Of a stretch of DNA of 64,000 nucleotides, positions 11,786 through 25,991 are shown piece after piece. The translations under genes were made by a program, and so were the position numbers. Location: the NCBI GenBank assembly GCA_951406725.2, contig OX597822.1, positions 114,762,001 to 114,826,000 on the forward strand, given 5' to 3'. Below the pieces are notes generated by a model. That model worked only from the letters and a program-made list of their open reading frames with translations, ran no database searches and was not told where the DNA came from. Positions within the stretch are counted from its first letter, which is position 1. Every line of letters begins with the position of its first letter. The DNA is from Octopus vulgaris. Its lineage: Eukaryota.

Positions 11786-14700
11786 TAATCTCCGGTAATA
11801 TTGGCCACAATATCATATTTATGATTTCAATGAATAGTGAATAGGAACACAATTTACCAAAGGTGTGTTTTCAGGAACCAAGTAAAATGTACAGCATCTG
11901 GCATTCATATCTTCATGAGCATTTGCTATGTAATTGAAAAGAATGCTTGCAGTCAAGTCCCGCTTTATTCTGTCAAACTTTCTAGAGCTACTCATATTCT
12001 TATTTTGATTAAGTTGACCTAACACCTCACTACAGCCTGGTTTTGTAAACAACCAAAGAAGAATTAACAATAGAATGTAGAATATTATTGGACAATGTGC
12101 CTGTAATTCCGAAATTTCGCTAACAACAACTCATCAGACAGATTGATGACCAGTTGCTGGTGAAACTCCTAACTCTGTATTTCGATCTAATAAAATACGT
12201 ACTTTCTACTCCTATATTGAACCCCTTTTTCGGTGAATTTTGCTGTTTTTTTTATGTATTAATCTTTCAAAAATACTAACTTTAAATGATATATAATAGA
12301 AATATTGAAAATTGTCCTTTCCTTTTTACAAAATGATGTTTGTATGTTAATTAATGAGGAATCTTGGTAATGAATATTTAGGTAGAATTACAAAACATGT
12401 TATTAGTTTAATTAATATCAGATGAAGGTACCGTATAGTGCTGGGTCTCAAAGGGAAGAAAATGCTATTGCTTTAGTTTAATAAGAATGTTACAGATTTA
12501 ATCAGAAAAAGGAGAGTAGCTTTTACATGGACTCCTGGACTGCGATGAGTAAAAATAGTCAGAAGCAACAACTTAGACTGATACAGGTGGAAAAACCAGT
12601 GTACGAATGCTTGCAGCAGAGTAGACTCCGCTCAAGGCATCCAAAAGGCTAAATAGAAGTGCAAAGTTTAGCGATAAAGTCTACCATTTAGAATGAATAC
12701 ATTCCAGTAACTTCTGTTACATAGACTTATGTTAGAAAGTTTTTTTTAAAAGATCAGATGTTGCTTTAAGGACATCATAACCTCGGAACACTTTGGCTCA
12801 GCACAGTTAGCTAAAACTTCAATTCAACAGTACGGTACAATACAATACATGTGTAATATTGGCTTTATGGACGGGTGTAGCACGAACAACAGGAGTCACT
12901 ATTTCGATTTTGTGGGGGAAATAATAAAAGTTGATTTGTTTCAGAAAGGAAAAAAGAAAAAAACAGAAACAAGATTTTAATGACTTCTAACATAAGCTCA
13001 AGATCTCGAAATTTTGGGGTATGTATAATCGAATAAATCCAGACTAGAACTCATTCTTTAGTATATAGGCTCAGGAATGATCAATAGAAAAACCGATCAC
13101 GAGACTAGATCAAAAAGTAAGAGAACTCGACCTGAAAGTTTGTAATAGGGACTTCCTATCACCCGCTTACAGGTGGCGTGAAGGTGTGTAGCCTAGGGAT
13201 TAGGGTTGTTCGGCTCGTGATTATAAGGCTGAAGGTAAATTTCTGGACTGGGTGGTATGATGTAACCTTCAGCTAGGTACTTCATTTCACGCGGCAGATA
13301 TTGAGTATCAGTCATGGTACTAGAGCAGTCCTTTCTTTAACTATGACGTGGTGGACATTCAACTAATCACGTGTAAGAGGCTGAGAGGATATCATCTATG
13401 ATGCTTGCAACGACATAGATACCAAGAATACTTAGCGAAAGCATAGCACGTGTTTACAAGCCATACTCGCTTGCGAGTGACGGATGGCTTTAATGATCGG
13501 TTAGGAATGTTATATCATTTTTATACTGTTCCTCAGAATCCAGTCACTGACACCCATTTGGGAAGGTTTTCAAGGCAAATGTTATATAATTCAAGACTAA
13601 GGCTTTATCCACCGAAAAGATTTTTATCTTAGAAGTTTTAAAATATATACTGTTAATTACTTGATGTTTTTGCGATTTTCCTCCGAAGTGTTCCTCTTTA
13701 GTTAGCTCGAATGTAATTATGCAAACCGAGGAAGGATTGGTTCCTGTATGTGCTCAAGCATACTAAAACAACACCTGTGGTGTGATAGATATGCGAATGC
13801 GAAACCTTATCCATTAAGTCCTTGACATGCCATACATATGATACTAGACTTGCCAAATGGAATATATCATTATATCAGCTGTGATAAACATGCAGTTTTG
13901 CAGGGGGGAGTGAGAAGTAAAGTTAGTTTGATAAATGACGAGCTTATTGAAAGTTTACTTTATAAACATAATATAATTGTTAGAGTGTAGAATTACGTGA
14001 TAAGAAGAGAAGTAGGAGACAGAGGCATAATTGCGAGGCAAGCACAATATTATAAGAGTACAATTACAAAATGAGGGTAGGATTTCGAAGAAATTTCTAA
14101 GTAATAAGATGGGGAGGGAGATTATAATATGAAGGGTCATCAGAATGAAATATTAGTGTTAAGCTGAAATAAATATCAAATTTTAATTTGAAAATATGAA
14201 AGCATTATCCATACATAGCTACATATAATTACCAATGTATTTACAACAGTTATTTTGTTCGTGTTTCGTTTTCCTAGCTAGTTATCCACGAATATAGGGT
14301 TTGATCACATTCATGTGAAATTTCGCAACTTGTAATCTAGGAAAGTTAATGAGAAATTTGGGAAATATGTCATGAAGGTTGTTTCCCACTTCTCTTTTAT
14401 GCATTGGGACATTTGAAGAGGTCGAGATGGGAGAAGCGGACAAATGCACGATCAGCATGCGAGGATAAACACAGATATTTTTGCTTGACGGATAATCCGT
14501 TTCATATATAAACAAGGAGCATGGTAGCAATGCAGCCATATAGACAGATAGGTAGATAGACAGGAAGACAGATGGACAAGCAGACTTATAGTCAGGTAAA
14601 TAAAGGAAGACAGAGAGACAAGAAGACAGAGAGGCGGGTAGCTAGAAAGACATGAAGAGGGTAGAATACATATAGACAGGCAACCAGATAGCCAAACTGT

Positions 14701-15071
14701 CGAACAGACAGACAACTATATAGATAGGCAGGCAAGCAGGCACGCATGCGGACGTGTAGACAGGCAACCAATAAGACAAGCAACCGGAACAGGCGGATAA
14801 AAAGCTAAAAGCACAAGCAGATAACCAGCCATACACACGCACTCATGCACACATGCGCATGCGCGTACACACACACACACACACACAAGCAGAGGTAGAC
14901 AGATAAAGAAGCAGGCATACAAATAGACAGATAGATACAACTCACACATATAACGAGGTGTAATTAAGAAAGATTATACAAAATTATGGCTAAGAGAAAT
15001 ATCACAAGTGCTATGAATTTGGATAAGGTAAATGGCAACATACTTAATGGCATACGCCTAACACACACACA

Positions 15072-15176
<105 letters not shown>

Positions 15177-15502
15177 CAACACCTGAAATAAAAATTTTCC
15201 ATTTTAGAAGGAGAAAGTAAGCAGTTAACCTTTCGGCAATTGTTTGCGCCTCCTGAATTCCAAAAAGGGAGACATTTTCGTGAAGTTAATTAATCACTCA
15301 AAGCTAATTTAAATACTTATAAAAGGAAGAAAAAAAAAAAAAGATCTTTGTTTTCAGGCGAGGGAGAACTGTGGATGTATAAACATGTTTTGGTATATCA
15401 GTTCTCATGAGTATAGTATAGTCTACTTGAGCATGTTTGATCAATTCATTAAAAAAATTCTTATAATTTTTAGCTCACCTCAGGATGTAAATTTAATATT
15501 TA

Positions 15503-15733
15503 TTTCTTTATTGCCCACAAGGGACTAAATATAGAGGGGACAAACAAAGACGGACAAAGGGATTAAGTCGATTATATCGACCCCAGTTCGTAACTGGTAC
15601 TTATTTAATCGATCCTGAAAGGATGAAAGGTAAAGTCGACCTCGGCGGAATTTGAACTCAGAACGTAACGGCAGACGAAATACGGCTACGCATTTCGCCC
15701 GGCGTGCTAACGTTTCTGCCAGCTCGCCGCCTT
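15503..15733 (-). mobile_element. SINE family B copy (well preserved)
   Basis: Full reverse-complement match ending ...ccggcgtgctaacgtttctgccagctcgccgcctt. Confidence 0.85.
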
Positions 15734-15923
15734 ATGTAAATTAAATATTAACGGATTAATTTTACATTACTTGAAGTTATCTCCCCTTTTACTTGAGAGT
15801 TGCTCGTTGTTACCGGAAGGTTATTGTTTTCTTTTATTTTCCGTACGAGTTTCTGTTAATTGATATTTGTCTGTGTGTGTAGATATGCACGCACACACAC
15901 ACACACGCACGCACGCGCGCACG

Positions 15924-15958
<35 letters not shown>

Positions 15959-15963
15959 GCACG

Positions 15964-16010
<47 letters not shown>

Positions 16011-16308
16011 GCACGCACACACAATTTAATGTACTCAGAATCTAAATAAGAGCTACTGATAGTTTCATGCTATGGAGACACATAATCCGTCAGTTTCATA
16101 CAACGTACTTCGTATTTCCAAGTACAGTTTCAGGCTTAACGCACATGGTTAGTCCTGTTTGAATACAAAGATGCAAGTCCTTGAGAAAACACGAGAAATA
16201 AACGAGAAGGAAGTTGATACAAAAAGTGTATGTGTGTATGTATGTATGTATGTATGTATGTATGTATGTATGTATGTATGTATGTATGTATGTATGTATG
16301 TATGTATG

Positions 16309-16864
16309 TCATTATTCAGTTTTATTTCAAGATTTCTTGCAAATAGAGAAAGAGTCTGTTTCTAAACTAGATTCAAAGCTACTTCATTAGAATTTGAACA
16401 TCAACAACAGGGTACGTTTGTTTGTATGCATGCATGTATGTATGTGTGAATGTATGTATATATGAATGTATGTATGTATGTATGTATGTATGTATGTATG
16501 TATGTATGTATGTATGTATGTATGCATGCATGCATGTATGTATGTATGTATGTATGTATGCATGCATGCATGTATGTATATATGTATGTATGTATGTATG
16601 TGTGTGTGTATGTATGTATGTATGTATGTATGTATGTATGTATGCATGTATGTATGTATGTATGTATGTATGCATGCATGCATGTATGTATATATGTATG
16701 TATGTATGTGTGTATGTATGTATGCATGTATGTATGTATGTATGTATGTATATATGTATGTATGTATGTGTGTATGTATGTATGCATGTATGCATGCATG
16801 TATGTATATATGTATGTATGTATGTGTGTATGTATGTATGCATGTATGCATGCATGCATGTATG

Positions 16865-16898
<34 letters not shown>

Positions 16899-16916
16899 TG
16901 CATGCATGCATGTATG

Positions 16917-16950
<34 letters not shown>

Positions 16951-19873
16951 TGTATGTATGTATGTATATTTGTATGTATGTATATGTGCAGATTTGTATG
17001 TTTTGCTTTACATGTGCATATATATTTAAATGATAAATTTCTGGAAAGTCGTAATCCGGACAGAGTAACTGCAGATTCTTCAATAGTCCGGCGTAGGTGT
17101 TCTCTTTGTCACTGATCTTCAGCTTTATGTTAACATCAACTGGGCAGCTAATTTCCACAACTGTGCACAATTTCTCTTTATCCCAAATCATTAAATCATG
17201 TCTGTTGTACTTACATGTTATTGAAGTCTTCACTAGGACATTCCACCAGTACTCCTTGTTTATTATGAGTAACTATGGCTTCTACCATACTGTGGGATCT
17301 TATTTCTTTGCTTGGGGTTATCCTTCCGACGGATTTCTTTATAGTGTCCCTAGCTACAACATAAGTCTCATCGGTAGATAATACCATGGTGACATTTTCG
17401 GACAATAGCTTATGATATGGGTGTATGTATATATGTAAGGGAAGTGAGCAACATTGTACGAGTTTCCAGTGAACTCCTCACGAAATACTCTCTTCTTGCT
17501 CACTTCACTTTTCAGCATTGCATTTATATGTTTATTTTTGCTGCTGTTGTTTAGCAGGTGCTGCATGAGTGATACCATACAGCATTCAAAGGCCGTCTGC
17601 ACTGATCACAGGCCTCTACCACCATGCCTGTATCAGCTGAAAATGTTGTTATCAATTCCAGTTGTCTTTGGCATTGTTAACACGTTTAGCATAAATCTTC
17701 AGGTCGTCTACGAAGAAATTATGAGTTACATTGATATTTCTGGTAGTTGAAGATCCTAGCATGTAACCATTTGTTTTCTGCAGTAGGAACGATAATGGAT
17801 TCAGTACCAAAACGAAAAGAGATACAGAAAGACTATCTCCTTGGAATATTCCCTTTGTAATGCCTATACTATTAGAAACAATAATTCTGTTCTCAGCTGT
17901 AAGGGTAAGAATAGCTGTCCATGTCTTTGTGAGTCTCTCTATAGCAACAATTAAGGTAGTATGTACCTTTGTCAGATGTAGGCACTTCAACAGCCATGGA
18001 TGAAGGATAGAGTCGAATGCCTTCTTATAGTCAGGTCATACGGTTACAATGCGTTGTTTTCTTACTTCAGACAGTACAGCTTTGTTTATTAAAAGTTGTT
18101 CGGTCGTCATCCCCACACTCCCTTCTTTCCACCATCCTATTCATCAGTCACAATGTTGTTAAACTCTCAATGGTCCTGGAGGAATTGGTTGAGGTAACTT
18201 GTGTATAGTTTATACATATTGTTTAAGCAAGCAATGGGCCTGTAGTTTCCTGCCATCTCGGTGATTTCATTTTTGGCAACAAGATTTGTCTTTGTGTAGC
18301 AATGTGATATACCAGTCTGACCTTCCGTAGTCCTTTTGAACATACATATCAACTAGTTCTATAAAATATCAGCTTCTTGTATCAATATCCAGCTATTAGG
18401 TCCTTTCTAGATGCCTTCCCATTCTGCAGTTTGCCTACTGCTATAGCGAAGGTCTCTGCATCAATTTTCTATGTTTTACTGTTAGTGTTGGTACAGTATT
18501 CTCTCTCAATCGTATTTAACCATGATACACTCAGGTTGAAATCCATCCTTTTGTTCCAAACTTTTGATCAGAATGATTGTAGGTCTTCTTGGGAGGGAGT
18601 TTTTTTGATGGAAATATTTTCTTTCCTCGTCTCTCTCTATAATTCTTGTGGGTTGGAAGCAAACTTGTGATTGATACTCAAAAAGTCGCTTGCGATAGCG
18701 GAGTTTCTCGCTCATCGTCCTGAGTTCATGTTTTAAAGTGATTTGCTTTCCCTCAAGAGCTCGGTGTGAAGAGATGCCATAAAGATTCATTAATTTTTGT
18801 CTGAGGTAGAGTTGTGAGATGTAAACTCATTTTTCTCCTTACATTTTATTGTTGTAGTTAACCATCCAATATGGCGGCGCACGTTGTTGATGTTTTCGTC
18901 AAGTTTTGTTTTCCATCTAGTTTGTTTCCGTTTAGTAATTTCGTTATTTTGTTCACTGTAGATTTCTCCTAAAGTGTTCTTTAAGAGTAATAGCGGCTGT
19001 GTATATAAGAGTATTACTATTCCAGTAATTAGCATCCCATGATTCCATGTGCTCTCCAGCAACATCGTTGATAACCTTAAACATTAGATCGGTCGGATTT
19101 TTCTCTCACTCGCGCTGAGAATAGTCTGTTGCTCAACGAAAACTTCGAGAGAGTAGCAAAAGGTTTTGCGAATTGTAATTCTGAAATGCTTATGAGTTGG
19201 TTGTATTCCACAGTCTCGCTACTGAGTCAGCTAAATTTGGAGACACACTCGAATTTAGCGATGGTGGAAGTGGTCGTTTGTTTACAATTTTTTTTACGCC
19301 GCTCCTGGCAGATTTTGACCCGTTTTCAGTGTTTTGGGAAGATCGAAGACGAGTGTTTTTTTTCTTTTCCAAAAGATGCTTGTTGTCGGAGCTGTTTCAC
19401 CATGAAGGTATTTAAGTTCGGATAAGCTTCCTCCTAGTATTGTTTTTTTAACCGGTTCATATATCCGATTGAAAGGTTATCTCAGGCTTTTTTCATAGCA
19501 CCGACGTAAATCTTGGTTTAGTTGTTGAGTCCAAGTAAAATGAGAAGATTTCTTACGTCTTCTGAAATATTTTACCGGTGAAATTGTTCTGTTTTCATCG
19601 GTGGTGACGTTGTTAGTTTCATCTGCGGTGGAGTTAGTTTCAGCCATAATCGTGATAGCGAGATACAACGTGGTGTAGATGTATATTTTAAAATCTGCTT
19701 AGGATAGTGCTACGATGGCGAGAAAAAGGTGATTCTCTTATTAATTGTTGGAGAAATAAACTAATTACTGATTTAGGCTGGAGAAGTTGGCATATTTCTA
19801 GAGGAAGGCGTTCGAAACGGACTTTTTAAACAGTCCTCTACACCTGCACGTCTGATGTTGACGGCGCCATTAC
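16309..19873 (-). mobile_element. R4/Dong-like non-LTR retrotransposon (RT plus restriction-like endonuclease), internally deleted and frameshifted, in (TATG)n
   Basis: NYRPIACLNNMYKLYTS; DYKKAFDSILH; GIFQGDSLSVSLFVLVLNPL; HNFFVDDLKIYAK; IISYCPKMSPWYYL; KTSITCKYNRHDLMIWDKEKLCTVVEISCP (RLE PD-D/ExK region). (TATG)n on both flanks and inside the 3' UTR. Confidence 0.85.
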
Positions 19874-19989
19874 GTATGAATGTATGTATGTATGTATGTA
19901 TGTATGTATGTATGTATGTATGTATGTATGTATGTATGTATGTATGTATGTATGTATGTATGTGTAGGGGAGCTGACAAAATCCTTACC

Positions 19990-20305
19990 AAAGCCTTGTG
20001 AGTGGATCTGGTAGATGAAAACTGAAAGAAGCCCGTCATATATATATTTGTGCGTGTGTATGTGTGTCTGTATGTATATATATGTATCTATGTGTCTGTG
20101 TTTATCCTCCCTACCATCGCTTGACAACCGATGTAGGTGTGTGAATGTACCCGTAACGTTCATAAAAAGAGACCAATAGAATAAGTACTAGGTTTACAAA
20201 GAATGAGATTTGGAGTCGATATATTCGACTAAAACCTGTTAAAGCGGTGCTCCAGTATGGCTGCAGTCAAATGACTGAAACAAGTAAAAGAAGAAAAGAA
20301 TAAGA
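19990..20305 (+). mobile_element. SINE family A, 3' portion
   Basis: accaaagccttgtgagtggat...actgaaagaagcccgtc...tgcagtcaaatgactgaaacaagtaaaag. Confidence 0.85.
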
Positions 20306-20348
<43 letters not shown>

Positions 20349-20425
20349 TTGAGTTGTGGGGTATCGCACGAGTGGGATTATATAAGAAAAAAGGTTTGAA
20401 AATGCAATTTAAACGATGTTTATTT

Positions 20426-20466
20426 ACTTAACCGGTTTCACTCTTTGGTAAAAGATTGTCAAAAGT
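20426..20466 (-). ncRNA. Hammerhead fold (U3-A8 variant), left arm
   Basis: Reverse complement: actt-TTGACAA-tcttt tacc aaaga gt-GAAA-ccgg-TT-aagt. Stem II junction is irregular. Confidence 0.55.
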
Positions 20467-21248
20467 TACATTTAAGGAAACATTGAATAATATGGGTTCA
20501 AAAAAGTTTTTTACATAATTGTCACATTGAATATTATGCATTCAAAAAGTTTTTTACATAATTGTCACATTGGATATTATGAATTCAAAAATGTTTTTTT
20601 ATACATAATTGTCACATTACATGTATAAATATAGTGTTTGGTAACAGAGAAGTTCAATAGTGTGATGAGAATATTTGGGAAAATTTGGCAGAAAAGGATA
20701 AAACAAATATATTATTGGGAATTGGTTGCGTTAATTATTGGTTGTCGCAAATTGTCACATTACATGTATATATATACAATCTTTGGTATATATATACAGC
20801 GTTTTGACAGCAAAAATTAAAATGGATTTTTTGTACATCTCAGAATATTTTAAGTATGTTTTTACTGACCTGTCAGTATTAGCAGAAAGGCTGAACTGAG
20901 AGAACAGAAGAAGTAGCCAATGTGGTGTATACTTCCCCTTTATGCATGAATGATTTTGGGGTTATCAGGAGGTTAGTATGTGGGTGTGAATAGATGTGTC
21001 AGTGCCTGCTGGTCAGATAGCGTCTGTTTGTCACACACATATATATACACACAAACACACACACACACAACAACACACACACACACACATAGTATACAAA
21101 CACACACCACATACAGACAACACACACACACACAGAACACACACACCCACACACAACGCACCCACATATATCACATATACACACAGCACACAAATATAAC
21201 ATGTATCTATATATAACATACACAGATATATAACACACATACACACAC

Positions 21249-21281
<33 letters not shown>

Positions 21282-22085
21282 CACACGCACACATACATAC
21301 ATAATATAAATATCACACAAATACACCTAGCATATATATACACACATACAATACACACATACAGCATGTAAGCAATATACATACACAATATATGCATGCA
21401 ATATACATACGCAATACATACATATAATATATATATATATAGACAATGCATATACATATATACACATATACATATAAATAGTGTTTACATACACATACAT
21501 AGATGTACCACATATACACACAACACACATACATACAATGCATACACATACACGTACGCATACATATAATATATATATACACACACACACACATAACATA
21601 CATACACACACAATGCATACATATATATACACGCAATGCATATACATGTATTCATGCATATATAGCACACCTACAATATACATATATACAGTGCACACAT
21701 ACACACAAATATATACACTTAATTGTACACGTACATATACAATACACATACATACAATATACATATACACAATGCGCATGCAAATAATGTACATGTTTAT
21801 ACACACATAAACATGCAAATAAATATACACACACACACATACACACACACACACATATATACACATATATATATATATATATACACACATACATACATAC
21901 ATACATGCACATACATATATTTTTTCACACACATACACACATATATATATATAAAAAATTCACCACCCCCCACACACACAAATTACAAACCTATAGCGTA
22001 CACACTCAAATATATCTCTACATGTCGCACACACACACAAACAAAGTACTAACATATACACACATACCATGCATATACACACACA

Positions 22086-22131
<46 letters not shown>

Positions 22132-22167
22132 AGATACATATGTAAATACATACACACGTACACAATG

Positions 22168-22202
<35 letters not shown>

Positions 22203-22301
22203 GCACACAGTGCACACACACACACACATATATACACACGTGCACACACACACACACACACAACGCGCGCACACACACATATACACACACACGCACACAG
22301 T

Positions 22302-22335
<34 letters not shown>

Positions 22336-22520
22336 CACTCACACACATACATCACCTACATATATATAATGCATGCGTGTGCATGCCACGTATGTGTGCG
22401 GTTAATGCCCGCTAGTGTGTCCTATGCGTGCCGATGCGCGCATGTGCCCGCCCGCACGATATGCTGTGAGCGTGCGCGCGTCCCTGTGTGCTTGCTCTGG
22501 ATGTGCTTCCAGGGGGTATG

Positions 22521-23010
22521 TTAGAGTATGTTTAGTTGTGGTCTGTATTTTTGAATAAGATTACTTTCCTTATTTATTCGTGTTTGGTCTGTGGTGTTGT
22601 CCGAGCATTGGTATAGTGGGAAGACTAAGAATTTGGGGGACTTATTGTGTGCACAAAGGTCTAAGTGTCCACTTAGTGGTATCTGTCTTGTGGAGGGGTC
22701 CCTCAGTTGTTGTCGGTGAACTGTCATTCTGTCTCTGAGGGTAAGGCTCGTTTGCCCTATGTAGTCTTCGTGGCATCCTTCACACCTTATGACGTAGAGT
22801 AAATTTTTTGATGCGCACGTGAAGTTATTTTTTATGATGAATGTGTGTCCCGAGTGGAACTTGTACGATGATCCCTCAATGAGGTGGATGCAGGTCTTAC
22901 AGTTGGGGCGACCACATTTTTTGATGGTGGGCGGTGGGTTTGTGTTGTGTAATTTTGCGTTGGTGAGGAGGTTTTTTAGGGATTTAGGTTGTCTCTTACT
23001 TTTTATTATT
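22521..23010 (-). CDS. Penelope (Neptune-type) Cys linker plus GIY-YIG endonuclease, C-terminal fragment with an open frame
   Basis: IIKSKRQPKSLKNLLTNAK..IKKCGRPNCKTC..FTCASKNLLYVIRCEGCHEDYIGQTSLTLRDRMTVHRQQ..KESNLIQKYRPQLN. The frame extends upstream of the ORF-track Met at 22727. Confidence 0.85.
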
Positions 23011-23652
23011 TGTGTGTTTGTATACTATGTGTGTGTGTGTGTGTTGTTGTGTGTGTGTGTGTTTGTGTGTATATATATGTGTGTGACAAACAGACGCTAT
23101 CTGACCAGCAGGCACTGACACATCTATTCACACCCACATACTAACCTCCTGATAACCCCAAAATCATTCATGCATAAAGGGGAAGTATACACCACATTGG
23201 CTACTTCTTCTGTTCTCTCAGTTCAGCCTTTCTGCTAATACTGACAGGTCAGTAAAAACATACTTAAAATATTCTGAGATGTACAAAAAATCCATTTTAA
23301 TTTTTGCTGTCAAAACGCTGTATATATATACCAAAGATTGTATATATATACATGTAATGTGACAATTTGCGACAACCAATAATTAACGCAACCAATTCCC
23401 AATAATATATTTGTTTTATCCTTTTCTGCCAAATTTTCCCAAATATTCTCATCACACTATTGAACTTCTCTGTTACCAAACACTATATTTATACATGTAA
23501 TGTGACAATTATGTATAAAAAAACATTTTTGAATTCATAATATCCAATGTGACAATTATGTAAAAAACTTTTTTGAATGCATAATATTCAATGTGACAAT
23601 TATGTAAAAAACTTTTTTTGAACCCATATTATTCAATGTTTCCTTAAATGTA

Positions 23653-23693
23653 ACTTTTGACAATCTTTTACCAAAGAGTGAAACCGGTTAAGT
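23653..23693 (+). ncRNA. Hammerhead fold (U3-A8 variant), right arm
   Basis: acttTTGACAAtcttttaccaaagagtGAAAccggTTaagt, identical to the left-arm copy. Confidence 0.55.
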
Positions 23694-23732
23694 AAATAAA
23701 CATCGTTTAAATTGCATTTTCAAACCTTTTTT

Positions 23733-23825
<93 letters not shown>

Positions 23826-24088
23826 GATCCTCACAAGCAAACATACATACATTCATACATATACATATACCTATATATATATATGAGGTATTGATACCCA
23901 GAAGACCCCAAATGTCAGGTAAGGCTATGTAAGTGCTACGGAAGGGTCGTAGTTAGACTCTCGGTTCGAAAATAATACGAGTGAGGAGTGTAATGCGGGT
24001 CTTGTGTGAGCATGTGTATGTTAAATAAAATGAGACAACAAAACCAAGGCTGTGTGGAATTTTCAGGACATTTATAAAGAAAAAGCTA

Positions 24089-24136
24089 GTCTTACAGCTG
24101 TTTCAGGGATATTAGGGAAATCCCTTCAGCAGAGAC
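24089..24136 (-). ncRNA. Type I hammerhead fold (A6>C core change)
   Basis: Reverse complement: gtct-CTGCTGA-agggat ttccctaat atccct-GAAA-cagctg-TA-agac. Confidence 0.7.
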
Positions 24137-24600
24137 GATATGAGAGAGTTAACCAGTGGGAAATGGTAGAGTTCAATTTAAGGAGATATTTTTGGAAAAA
24201 GATGGATATAGGAAGTATAAAGGGAAACAAGAGAATGAAAATAAAAATATATGTAGGATGTTATAGTTGCAGTTCCATTATTCAAGGAAAGTGTTGTGTA
24301 GAATGGTAGAAACGCTTCTTGTCCATGATATGCAGGTTCCGGTAGGAGTACATATTTTGTTATTACAAGTAGATAGTAGAATATGTACTCCTACCGGAAC
24401 CTGCATATCATGGACAAGAAGCGTTTCTACCCATTCTACACAACACTTTCCTTGGATAATGGAACTGCAACTATAACATCCTACATATATTTTTATTTTC
24501 ATTCTCTTGTTTCCCTTTATACTTCCTATATCCATCTTTTTCCAAAAATATCTCCTTATATTGAACTCTACCATTTCCCACTGGTTAACTCTCTCATATC

Positions 24601-24648
24601 GTCTCTGCTGAAGGGATTTCCCTAATATCCCTGAAACAGCTGTAAGAC
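24601..24648 (+). ncRNA. Type I hammerhead fold (A6>C core change)
   Basis: gtct-CTGCTGA-agggat..atccct-GAAA-cagctg-TA-agac. 6-bp stem II, palindromic helix III. Confidence 0.7.
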
Positions 24649-24769
24649 TAGCTTTTTCTTTATAAATGTCCCATAAACTCCACACAGCTTGGTTTACTTG
24701 TCTCATTTTATTTAATACCCTCCCACCACCACATACACACACATACGCATGCTGGACCGCTGAACTCAA

Positions 24770-24935
24770 CATGTTTTTTTCATTCTCTCTCTCTCTTTAT
24801 TTCCTCTTATTCCTTTCTGTTGAGGCGCGTAGAAGACTTTTTCATTTTTCCTGAGCGTCAAACTAATACACTTGCTTGTTGTTCATAGACCTGTCTTCAT
24901 CTTTTGTCTTTCTATAAATTTCAACTATATATATA
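24770..24935 (+). mobile_element. Short interspersed repeat (same family as 56371-56558)
   Basis: Shared cctttctgt.ga.g.gcgtag, gactttt..a.t..c.gagcgt.a.act.atacа-like and cctgtcttc.tcttttgt blocks. Confidence 0.6.
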
Positions 24936-25597
24936 CAGAGAGAGATACAGAGAGGGAATGAGGAAAGAAAAGTGAAAAAGCAGAATAACAGAATAACAGA
25001 AAATAAACAATAGACTGAGATGCTTTTAGCGGTAAATCCAGGCATGAATCTAAATGATAGGATCAGCTAAAAGTTAAGACCTGTTACTTTATAATTGGGT
25101 CCTTCGAATCCATTGATTGCGAATTTATAACTGGGTCTGACCAGTTTATTGCTGACCATTAATATGAATCAACTTTATTAATTGATTCAAACCGAAAGCT
25201 AAATTGCAAGATATCATGTGATGTTGTCATGTATTATTTTAGTGCTCGGAAAACAGCTACCATAAGGAGAATAGGTGTGAAATCAATATTCGCCGGGATT
25301 ATAAATCTTAAAACTAAATCATTGCTAAAAACTTATTTTTAACGATCACTCCAAAAATTGTCAACAGTTATTATTTGTAAATAAGTAAATGTATAAATAA
25401 ATAGAATAAATAGATAAATAATGATACAATTAGACGAAAGCGGAATTTCCAGTGCCCTACAGAAATAGATGTCTTATCACCACTCAAGAGAGTCCAACTT
25501 ATGATTAATAAGATTACTCTAATATTAACATCACACGTATTACTGATTGTATTATTAGCTGATTAGCTACATGCACAGCAACGTATATATAGATACG

Positions 25598-25654
<57 letters not shown>

Positions 25655-25901
25655 TCTGTCAGGTACGAGATGATAAGATATTTGATTGGCCTTAGGGTTT
25701 AACTTGTCTGAAACAAGACGAGTCTGTTGATCTGACTTACGTATCTTTTAGATAAAACTTTGTTGCGCTCACCTACACCGAAAGCTTCGGGCAACCACGG
25801 AAAATATACATAGTAGAGAAACCATATCATCACCACTTTTCTTGCAGAATAATCAAATGTCATGATCGATGTAATAGCGTTAGGTGTGACAAGTATTATA
25901 A

Positions 25902-25990
<89 letters not shown>

Positions 25991-25991
25991 A

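Larger units (their letters stand above)
20342..23740 (-). mobile_element. Penelope-like element, 5'-truncated, with a ~730-bp inverted copy of its 3' end
   Basis: GIY-YIG ORF 22521-23010 (-). Arms 20379-21106 and 23011-23740 are near-identical reverse complements. (TA)n on both sides. Confidence 0.9.
24021..24715. mobile_element. Inverted pair of a hammerhead-bearing Penelope-type terminal repeat
   Basis: Arms ~24021-24356 and ~24380-24715 are reverse complements with a ~23-nt spacer. No recognisable coding content. Confidence 0.85.
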
